Positions 44,173 to 54,600 of a stretch of DNA of 64,000 nt are shown here, in pieces. This stretch comes from Naegleria gruberi (Eukaryota), in the NCBI GenBank assembly GCA_000004985.1, contig GG738889.1; one strand, written 5' to 3'. Within the stretch, counting starts at the first letter, position 1; every line of letters starts with the position of its first letter. Below the pieces are notes generated by a model. It worked only from the letters and a program-made list of their open reading frames with translations. It was not told the origin of the DNA and searched no databases. A program made the translations under genes and the position numbers.

Positions 44173-47100
44173 TTAGAATCTTGGTGGAGGTGGAGGAACA
44201 CTACCACCACCAAATGAAGGTGGAGGAGGAACACCTCCTGACATTGGTGAGGAAGGTGGAGGTGGAGGAACACTGCTTGCTCCACCAAATGAAGGTGGAG
44301 GTGGAGGCATAGAACCACCTGATGGTGGAGGTGGAGGTGGAGTATTCATCATATTTCCTCCCATTGTTGGGGATGAAGAATATGAGCTAGGACTGCTACT
44401 GTATGTATCCATAGATGGAGGTTGTGAAGTTGGAGTATGTTGTGAAGAACCACCAAATACTGATCCACGACTTCTGAAATTAGAAAATGATTGTTCATTG
44501 GTTGTGACAGTGGCAACAATTTTGACCTTTGTGAAATCTTCATCGGCTGGTGGTGCGTAATCATCTGGAGTATTGTCTGCAAGTGGATAGTAATTACGTA
44601 AGCAATTGAATACACGATTGTTAATGGAACGAACAATGTGTGCATTATTGAGGAATGGTTTCAATTTTTCAAAACCTTCCTTTGAAATATTGGAAATATT
44701 CAAAACGTGATCAGAAAAGTTGAAAGCATCAAATCTGAGTTGTTGTTGGAAGAGATAGACAATTGTAGAACCTCCCCAGAAGAAACCATCTCCAAAGACT
44801 TCAAAATCAGATGGTTCATTGGCAACTTCAGGTGGAATACAGAAAACAAATTGCAAAACACCCCACAAACGATAGAATTCCTTTGAAGAGTCCAACTTTT
44901 GCAAACGATCTGGTGGTGAAGTACCTTTCCATGATTCTCTAACGTTAGCAAGGAAACCACTCATTCTTTCCAAGAATTGTTTGAAGAGTGACAATAGTTC
45001 ACGTGGAGGTTGATACATTCTCATAGCTCTAGAAGCTTGTTCAGTAAGCTTCTTGGACAATTCTGGAGCGTGAATACTTTGTTGAACTTGTGGATCATTG
45101 ACGAATGAAGCAATAGTTGTGGCAAGTGGTGTTTGTTCAACATCCTTTCTAATATAATAATCAGAAAGTTTTTGCAACAAGAGTAAATCTTCTGACATCA
45201 TGTGTTCACTTGTTAAACCATAACGAGATGATTTACGTGCAAGACTATTCTTTTGGTGTTGTTGCTGTTGTTCTTGGAATTCAGCTTCATTTTCAATTTC
45301 TTCTTGTAACTTTTCAACTCTCTTTTGTTTGGCAGTCTTAGTGAGCGGCTTAATACCCAAGAATGGAGCAGAAGCAATATAGGTTGAAATATTTTGAGGC
45401 ATCATACTAGAATCGAGTAAGAGAAGGAAACAGATACAATTACCAATACTTCTAAAGGCGTGGAATACACCTCCCTTCAAATCATCATAATCAAGGAAAT
45501 CTCTGAATTGAGCAATGAAATATGAATAGACACCTATTAATTTGTAAGCAGCAGGTTGGAGTGTAATCTTTGGTGCAATGGCTTCCATCATAGCACCAAT
45601 GTATGGAGACATTTGATTGTACAACTTATCTTCAATATCAGTAATAACAGTTTCAATAATGAGGGCAAGAGATTCTTGACCAACCAATCTGATCAAAGTT
45701 TCAATGTGTGGACGACCGAAGAATTCCTTATATTGATCTAAAATTGGTGTGAATGCTTCAGAGAAACCAGCTGTTACAAATTGATGGAGAGCACGAGGCT
45801 TGTAACTTTCTCTCTTGTAGTCAATTTCACTGTATGTATATTTACTACGTACGAAACGATGGGTGACAGTGTTGAAACAGAAGTTAGGGAAGAAGTCCAT
45901 AATCAATTCTTCAATAATGTGTCTGGCAATACGACTTTCGAATGAAACCATACTGGTACAATCGTTGACTTCAGCAAAGACAGATTCGAAAGAGTCCAAA
46001 GCAAGGTGTTTAGATAAAAGTTGGTGAGTGATTTTAACACTTTCCAACATGATTTCCAATTCAACGATACCATTCAATTCTTGGGATTCGAATTTCTTGA
46101 TGAGAGCCAAAATGTTTTCTCTGATGTTTACGTTCATACGTTGGGTAATAATATAGTTCAAGTCAACATATCGACCAAGAATGTTAATGTGTTTCTGTAA
46201 GAGCAAAACGTCAAACTTGCTCTTGGTAAAGTTAAAGTTTGTCTTTACGAATTGATCCTTTTCTAATGGAACACGCAACTTGTTGTCAAGTAAAATACCA
46301 AGAGCAACAGATCTGTAGTGTTTGTAGATAGATTCACTCAATTTAAAGATCAATTGATCAAAGACCAAGTTAACTTCAGCTTCAATTTCATCATATAAGA
46401 ATCTACGCTTCAAAACAAACAATGCTCTATAAGCGGCATCATTGTAAATGTTAATTGGATAAATGATAGATTCCATCAAGGCACTGTTAGTTCTCTTCAA
46501 AATTTCTTCAGTAAGAATCCATGGCAATGACATTTCAATAGGGAACTGAATCTTCTTGGAAATTTCCAAATAGAATTCACGATACCACAAATCAGCCAAA
46601 TCAGCAGCACGTCTCAATGTGGTAGAGTAGGCCAACAAGTAATTCCAAGTGTAGGTCTTATTGTAGAATTCCTTGAAAGATTCGACATGGGAATCATTAA
46701 AGTCTTTCTTGGAGAAAATACCTGATTTTTGCATACCTGGACTTCTTTCACTGTACAAAGTGGAAATGATTGAACGAATCATGTGAAGTTGTGTGAAAGA
46801 TGGACCAACAATTCTCTTTGGATATTCCAAGGCAGCTTCACCCTTCTTCTTTGTTGGTTTGGTAATGTCTTGAGGTGGTTCATTGAGCCAGTCACCAGCC
46901 AAGTTTCTCAATTCCAAAACAGTTGGGAAGATTGGTCTTTGCTTGTTCTTTGTGTGATAGAGCATATCTTGTAAGTCAACTTGGATGAACTGTTGCAATT
47001 GGTAGTGAATTTCTGAACGAATCAAAGGAGCCATCAATGCATTTTGTTGTAACATGATATTTTCGAGACCCTTGATCATTGAAATGGCATCAACTAGAGC

Positions 47101-48728
47101 TGATCTTTCATCCTTGTCATAGTTGAAACGAACCACACGTTCATATTCAAGTATATCAACCTTTTGACTAGCATCAACAGCTTCATAACGTTGCTTTAAA
47201 GTTCTTGCTTGTTCATCATCAATTGGATGTGAGTATTTCCAAGCACATTGTTCCAAGATAGCGGTTGTCCAAGAGGCAATTAATTTCATACCTTGTTCAG
47301 TCATATCTTTAGCTTTTTCACGCATTGGTTGAGGAATAATTGTTAACAATTCTTGACTTGTTGGAGAATCCTTGATCAATTTCTTCATACGATTGATATG
47401 AAGTTTATAATTTTTAGTGAAATTTTGGAAATCAAATCTCATCTTTGGAATTTGATTAACAAGAAGGAATTGTTTTTGTAATTGTTCTTCTTCCTTTTGA
47501 GAGAGAGACCAATCCTTTTCTTGTAAATTTGGACAATTCTTTAAAACTGTCTTGATAGAGAATGTCATATCACCATATAATGGAATATTTGGATATGATT
47601 TGAAAATCTTGTTAAATCTACCCATACTGTTGGATCCAACTTTTCTCAAATAGTTATTCTTTGAAGTATCCTTGTTATCAATGAGATACATTCCAAATAC
47701 CAAAACACGAATTAATGTGTGTTTTTGATCACAGAACAAATATTGATGATCTTCAAAATTTTCAGAGCATCTTTCCATCAATAGAATGATAATATCTTCA
47801 TATCCAGCATTCTTTATCAGAGAATCTTTGAGACCAGAAATGATAGTATTATTGTTTGATAAGAAATTATAAAGAAGACCATATTCTTCACTCTTTGTAT
47901 CTAAGAAATTCAATTGTTCTTGTGTTAAACCTTCCTTGTCCATGAATTGAGCAGCACGTCTAACAGTTGACATGTCGTTGTTAATGGCTGCTTTCATGTT
48001 TTTGAGAGCATCCAACTTGAGGATTGTATCTAAAACACTAATCATATAATCAAACATGGTTTCACTAGGAATTTCCTTTCTCTTTTCATTAGCAGCCATT
48101 TCAATCATAATCTTTGTGAGTGTTTTGACGGTATTTGTGTGAAAAGCCATCAAATCACGAATCTTTTTAATTTCTGGTTCCAAAACATCGAAAAACTTTC
48201 TATATAATTCAGCCTTGTTTTCAGAATCTGCTTGAATTTGAGGAAGAGCACGTGAAATTGAACGATAAGTGTACAAGGTTTGAATAAAGTATTCACCAGT
48301 TTCTATTATTTCTTGCTATTATTATTGTAAGTGTTATTGTTAGTGATAGTGATGTTATTATTATAGTTGCGATATTTGATGGTTTTGTTGTTGTTATTCG
48401 AAATGGTGGAATCGAATAATATTTGTCATCAACAATTTGTGATTATTATATAATAAATAGTAAAATAAAGATCATAATTGTGAATGTAATATTAAATAGA
48501 AGCAGTGTGAGATTAGTCTAATCATGAGAACAAACCTACCAAAATTTGAATATGTTCAGCTTCTTTAGCAAAACGAGTAGTATAACCACAACGATCAGCA
48601 AAATTGAGTGGACTTGTAAAAGCACCAGTTTCGTAACTAATATAATCTGATGCTGCTTCAATGGTTGGCTGATTAGACTCAACCATGTAAGAGTTGAGTA
48701 CTTTCAATCGTTGCTTGGTATTGTCCAT
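44173..48728 (-). CDS. CYFIP: CYFIP/PIR121/Sra-1 (SCAR/WAVE complex subunit) with proline-rich C-terminal extension, 2 exons
   Basis: complement(join(44173..48315,48540..48728)). Exon 1 MDNTKQRL...PLNFADRCGYTTRFAKEAEHIQIL (human [24 protein letters not shown]); 224-nt intron with TTG|GTAGGT donor and AATAG| acceptor; exon 2 QEIIETGEYFIQTLYTYRSISRALPQ (human [26 protein letters not shown]) ...VLEPE..K......IQFPIEMS.PWILT...YDEIEAEVNL.FDQ..YKL. Continuous match along about 1240 aa, then about 140 extra residues ending (PPPPPPSGGSMPPPPPSFGG...VPPPPPRF). Confidence 0.9.
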
Positions 48729-50639
48729 TGTGTAGATGGAAGATTATTGAATAATATTGATGTACAATTTGATGGGATCTTCTTGTTGCGAAAAGCGCAG
48801 AGTAGAAATTTGGTGGGAAGGAAGAAGGGAAGGGATTTTTTTTTGTGATAGGTTAACTTGGGAATGACAGATGAATGTTTTGACAACTACTGTTCGTTGA
48901 TTGTTTTGTGCTGGAAGGTAAAATTGTGAACAAAAAATGTGTGAATTATTAAGAAGGGAATGTCATTTTGTGGTTATCTTTTCAATTTTATGAAATCAAT
49001 AATAATTGAAATTAGTACTTTAAAAATATTAATATTTCGTTCTCATTTGGTATTGATAATGATTAATATTTAGCATGTTTGATAGGGCCCAATTTGATCC
49101 TTTCTCATTCAATTTCGGGATGAAATATGGTGTAGGGACCGGAGGGCGAAAATAGTGTTGTTGTGATGAAGCAAATTCCATTTGGGGAAGATTTTAAGGT
49201 AGCAGAAAATTCACAACGTTAGAAACCAACATTTTTTTATGGTATGCCTTACTGTTTGTGTTGAGCGTCTTAAAGGAGAAGTAGCTGTTCCTTATTAAAT
49301 CCATGAAGGGTAGAATTTTTCTTGTTGCCCTTTACCTCCCGTATAAAATTTCCAGATCAATGTTTGATCAAAATCGCGAAGCTTTTTGGTTATGGGTTTT
49401 ATTGAAGTTTGATATCTGGGATCATTGGTTTTGATATTGAGTTTGCTAAGTGATGTACAGATTCTGGACCTGTGATTCAAAATAAAAAAATAAAAGGATC
49501 AAAACTGAGTACCAATGTAGACATCAAAACTTGATACCAAAATTGTTGTAAATAATTGATAATTTATTCAATTTTGACTTGTCAAAATTAACAAGTCGAA
49601 AATTTACAAGTTGAGGTAAGGAGAAATTACTACTCTTCACATCATGAAGTGATTCTATCTAATGATTAAACAATATGATTCAGACTTTTCGCATTCTATG
49701 AAATGATTCTATAGGATTGAGTTCTAATGAAAATAAACCATATGAATCATGTCCAATAATGAGATTCGTTCATATCCAAAATGAATCAATCCAATCCTAT
49801 TCATTTAATGATTTCCAATCAAACTTGAGAATGTAATTAACAATTAGTAAATTGAAAAGTTGACTTACAATGACCATTCACTTGTTGGAGATGATCTATC
49901 CAATAATGATTCTTCTCTTGATTTAATACAAGAACAATTACTTTACAAAATACAACAATTACTTACTAGTCATTATATATTGTCAATGCATTGATCCTTC
50001 TGATTGTTATTAATACAATTCAAATGTGAATGATTAACATTGCACTAATGATAAACCTACCTTACATGAATCAAGTCATTACATTGTTACATAATCTGAA
50101 ATACTTAAACTGCTGCGACCACTTTGATTATTAAATGTTGAGTGATATTATACTTACAAAAGAGTTCCACACATTTATCATGGTCAATATACTGTTATTG
50201 TTATATTATTGTTATTAGGAAATTGTACAGGAAAACCTACATTCTGATTGAAATAAATCTACACTTTACCAATTAAAATAGATCGTTTAAATTCTGATAT
50301 ATTAGTCATGATGATATTCTCATTTACTACTTACAGTGTTAATATTGAAGAGATGTATTTCTGAAAAGAGAACAAGTCTTAATAATTAATTATTCGTGAT
50401 ACTTACATTTAAGCAATTGAGAGTGGTATTTGTGCAACAATGAGGGTACAAACGTGTCGTCAAAGTTAGCAAGCAAAAAACACCAGGACCTTTGATAGCA
50501 GAGTTGCAACTTCCTACCCTCTGTGGTTTGATCTGATTCGGAAGCTGTTCTTGTTTTTGTTGTTGATGATGAATCGTCCTGTTGATCAACTATAATAATG
50601 ATGATGATCGGAATATCACAGGCTTAAATAAATACATAC

Positions 50640-51330
50640 TAGTCGATTCATCCAATTCATATTAGTTCAAAACTACTATATCGATTTACCAATCCTTGAT
50701 TGTCCAATGTAAATACTATAGTTGAGCAACCTGTTACGCAATGATTTCCTTGTACGATACCTCCTCGAATACAAAGTAGTATGCCATTTTTTTAAGGTAA
50801 AAATAGCCTTTGATTTTACAAAGGGAATTGGCGGGATCTGACAACATTCTTAAATCTATTAAGGCCACTTGTCCCAACCTGCTAGCTGGCAACTACCAAG
50901 AAGTGTCGGAATTGTATTTGGCAATGCTGCAATCAATGTTGATGAAGATGATAACGTGTGGAGATCTTACTGTTGTTGATCCATAACTGTTGATAATGGT
51001 CATTTTGAGGATGATGATGAATGTTTGGATGAAGAGTGTGGCAAAGCATAACCTTCATAAATTGGAACAGTGGCAGGCACCATCACCAGAGTCCAAAACA
51101 ACACCAGTAGTTCAACTAGAAGCATACAAGGACAAGACAGCTTGAATAGCAACATACATAGCTGAAACTGAGAAGGTTTCAAAATACGTACAGGTAAGTG
51201 TGTCTAATTATCATTCATCTTCATACTGTGCTGTAGTAGGATTGTAATCTTACTCTTGAATAAAGCTCTTATTCTATCCACAAGAGTAAGGATTCAAAGT
51301 TGTTATTCAGCATGTTTTCAGTAGCAATGA
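50640..51330 (-). pseudogene. decayed actin pseudogene fragment
   Basis: Minus-strand conceptual translation gives [36 protein letters not shown](frameshift)[15 protein letters not shown] (actin [53 protein letters not shown]). Further 5', IP*FIATENMLNN (actin PVLLTEAPLNP). 3' end *YELDESTS (actin KQEYDESGPS). Multiple stops, frameshifts and deletions (about 700 bp vs 1.1 kb). Confidence 0.6.
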
Positions 51331-51605
51331 ATCAGGGAATTTTTCAGAGTCGAATTTTGATTCAGCTATTGGATCAAAACTCTCTATCAAATCAATTTGA
51401 TCCTCGAAAAATTTAATTCGGATCACAACTCAACATCAAATTGTTTATTTTTCAAAATTTGATATTGAGTTTTCACAAACTGACCATCAAAAATTTTATA
51501 CGGGACGCAGTATTATTAAGATTTAAAAAAAGGCTTTTTGGAATGACCAACAACGCTTTGAATAACAACAATACCAACACACTATTTTTAGCGAACACAC
51601 GGAAG

Positions 51606-54600
51606 ATGTGGTCGTCTTCAATGGTATATTGTGTTCTTATTTTAATGTTGATAATATACTTTATTGAGGCTACGGAATCAACAATAACGTGCAATAACAT
51701 TGATAGCAACTTGAGTAATGTTTGCTCAGGAAATGGAATTTGTATTTCCAATAATGTTTGTTCGTGTTATGTTGGTTTTGATGGAGCTGCTTGCGATACA
51801 CCAAGAACTATTCAGAATTTATTTGCAGGATACTCTGTCTTATCAAGAAATTCTTCAATATCATCCAACAAAATAATTAATTTATTTGGAAATGTTGCAA
51901 ACACTCCCTCATCGTCTCAACTCTATACTAATTTCAATATAACATCAGGTATTACACATGATGGAGATGTCTATGCTTCTCATTACATTAACCAAGCAGA
52001 ACAATACTTTAAACAATTAGACAACCTTCCTTGCGATTTTACTCTGAGATCATCTCCCCGTATTGGTAGAATTGAGGTTCGTTATGGAGGTGTTGGTTGT
52101 TTTGAGGCTGGTTGGACTGGTCCATCAACAGTGGTTATTAAGGGCTCTCAACGAGTAGTTTTCAAGATTAAGGGTAATTTCATTACCAATGAAATAACCT
52201 TTGCTCTCTCCAAATGTGCCTCAGAGAATAATATTTACTGGCTTGTGAATGGTAATACAAAGATAACTAACAATTTTAAGGGAATTCTGAAAACTGCTGG
52301 AAAGGTCGATATCACTAATGCTAACATTGATGGAACATTGTTCATTAATAATACCTCTGCGACTTTTACAAATGTAACCTTTGGACCTGTCTCCACATTT
52401 GATCCATATCAGTCATTAACTAACTCTGAGTGCTCTCTTTCTTCTTGTTATGGAATCCTTTCCAATGAAACATCTGTTTGTGCTGGTGTAGGTTTATGTT
52501 ACGATGACAATGCCTGTTTTTGTCCATTGGGATATGGACAAGATTGTTCATTACCTTTGTGTTATGGAGTGCTTCAAAACTCTGCTAGCGTATGTTCTGG
52601 CAACGGTAATTGTACAGGACCAGATACATGTGAATGCAAAGAAGGTCATCTGGGATTGAATTGTTCAATTTCTCTCCCACCTTGCTATGGAATTGGAAAT
52701 GATACCAGTCGCATTTGCTCAGGTGTTGGAAATTGTACATCGAAAGGAGTGTGCAGTTGCCCTGATGGATATGGATTTGATTGCTCAGTACCCATTTGTA
52801 ATGGAGTGCTTGCCTACAACAAAGCATGCAGTTCTCATGGTACATGTATTGCCCCTAACAGTTGCTCATGCTCATCTCATTATCATGGAGACAATTGTGA
52901 GCTTACTACATGTTTCGATATTCCATCAGATAATTCCACGACTTGTTCTGGAAATGGTGACTGTATAGATTACAATCGCTGTAGATGTTTTGATGGGTAT
53001 CAAGGAAGTGATTGTGGTCAGTTGACAACTACAATAATCTACGAAAATATCACAATCTATGAGAATGAAACCATATGGATTGAATATAACACCACAGAAT
53101 ATATCAATGAAACTATATATATTCGTCAAAATCAAACAGATGTAGTAATTGATGATGGTGCAATTATATTTACACCAAACCCTACAGGATCTAATCCAAT
53201 TACTTTCAACACAACTAGAGTCAATGTCACTATTATTACCTACTATAATGCAACCTCAAATTCTACTACCACAGTGACAACAACTACAACAACTGTTGTC
53301 GTGTATACCACAATAGTGTGTAGTAAATCCCTTAATTGTTCCAATCATGGAGAATGTAATTCCAATGGAGCTTGTACTTGCTATTCAAACTTTGATACTG
53401 GTTTTTGGTCAGGTTCTAGTTGTAACACTTGTAGAGATGGATTCCATGGTAATAATTGTGCTACAAAGGTTGTTGGACCTGCTTACATATCCAATGATTT
53501 CACAGGAGTTACGTTTTATCTTTATGCACCAAACTCTTACACAAGTAATCAAATAAGCTGCAACAAACTATTACATCCTGATGATATCAGTAGTAACATG
53601 TTTGGAGATGCAAGCAAAATACAATGTAGCTATGTAGATAGGGCTAGCTACTTGTTTATGATTACTTTTGGGTCTAATGATTATGTATTTAATGCTGGTG
53701 CGTCTAACTTACGTATTAACACTCATGTATTTGATCAGAGTGCAGGTTCTGCAGATTATCTTTCAATGATTATCAATCTACCACAAGGATTTTCTGGTCC
53801 AGTAGCCAAGATTTCAATGGCGTTTACTTCAACATACAGCTCTTGCGAAGAAATTGTAATTGATGGTTCAGGAAGTACTGCACCATATGGAGGTAGTCTT
53901 ACATATTACTGGACTTTGCTTAATGCAGCTACAATGCAGGTTTTATCGACAAACTTTGCAAATCAACCAAAAATTACTCTTCCAGCTTCATTAAGTTCTG
54001 GAAGTTACCAAGTATCTCTGAAAATTCAAGGTGAATTCTTACATCTTTCCAGTGCAGTAGTACACACAGGAACATTCACTAAAGCTCCAAAACCTGTTCC
54101 AGTAATAACTTTTTACAAAGGAAATACCCAGCTAAGGTATACTAATCAATTCCCATATACAATCAAAAAAGTAATCGAATCTCCTTGTAGAGACTCAAAT
54201 AATACAATAGTACGTTGGGAACAACTAAGCGGACCATCTATTGAGTACTCAGTGGACTCCTATAACAATCTATACATCCCAAAACTCAAAACATTTGGAA
54301 ACAATAACTATACATTTAAGGTATCCGCTTATTATACTGATGCAAATTATCAAGGTTCTAGTGATTTTGTTTTAATTACACAATCACCTCCTTTGAGTTT
54401 AGAACTTTATCAAGCTGAAGCAAAGACTGATCACTCGACTGTTGAGGTTATTTATTCAGACCCAGAATCTGCTTTAATCTCAAAAAGTGAAACATGGACT
54501 TGGTCTAGCTTGGATTATCAAGGACCAAGATTATATACATTTTTAACTACCCAATCCAATCAAAAATCTTCTAGTCTTTACTTGACATCCAATTATTTTG

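Noticed and set aside
44349-44960. ORFs 44349..44645 and 44700..44960 (-)
   Set aside because: Out-of-frame inside CYFIP, whose frame is fixed by end-to-end homology
48780-48860. GCGAAAAGCGC-type GC-rich element upstream of CYFIP as another E2F site
   Set aside because: Does not match TTTSSCGC in either orientation closely enough; left out of the motif family
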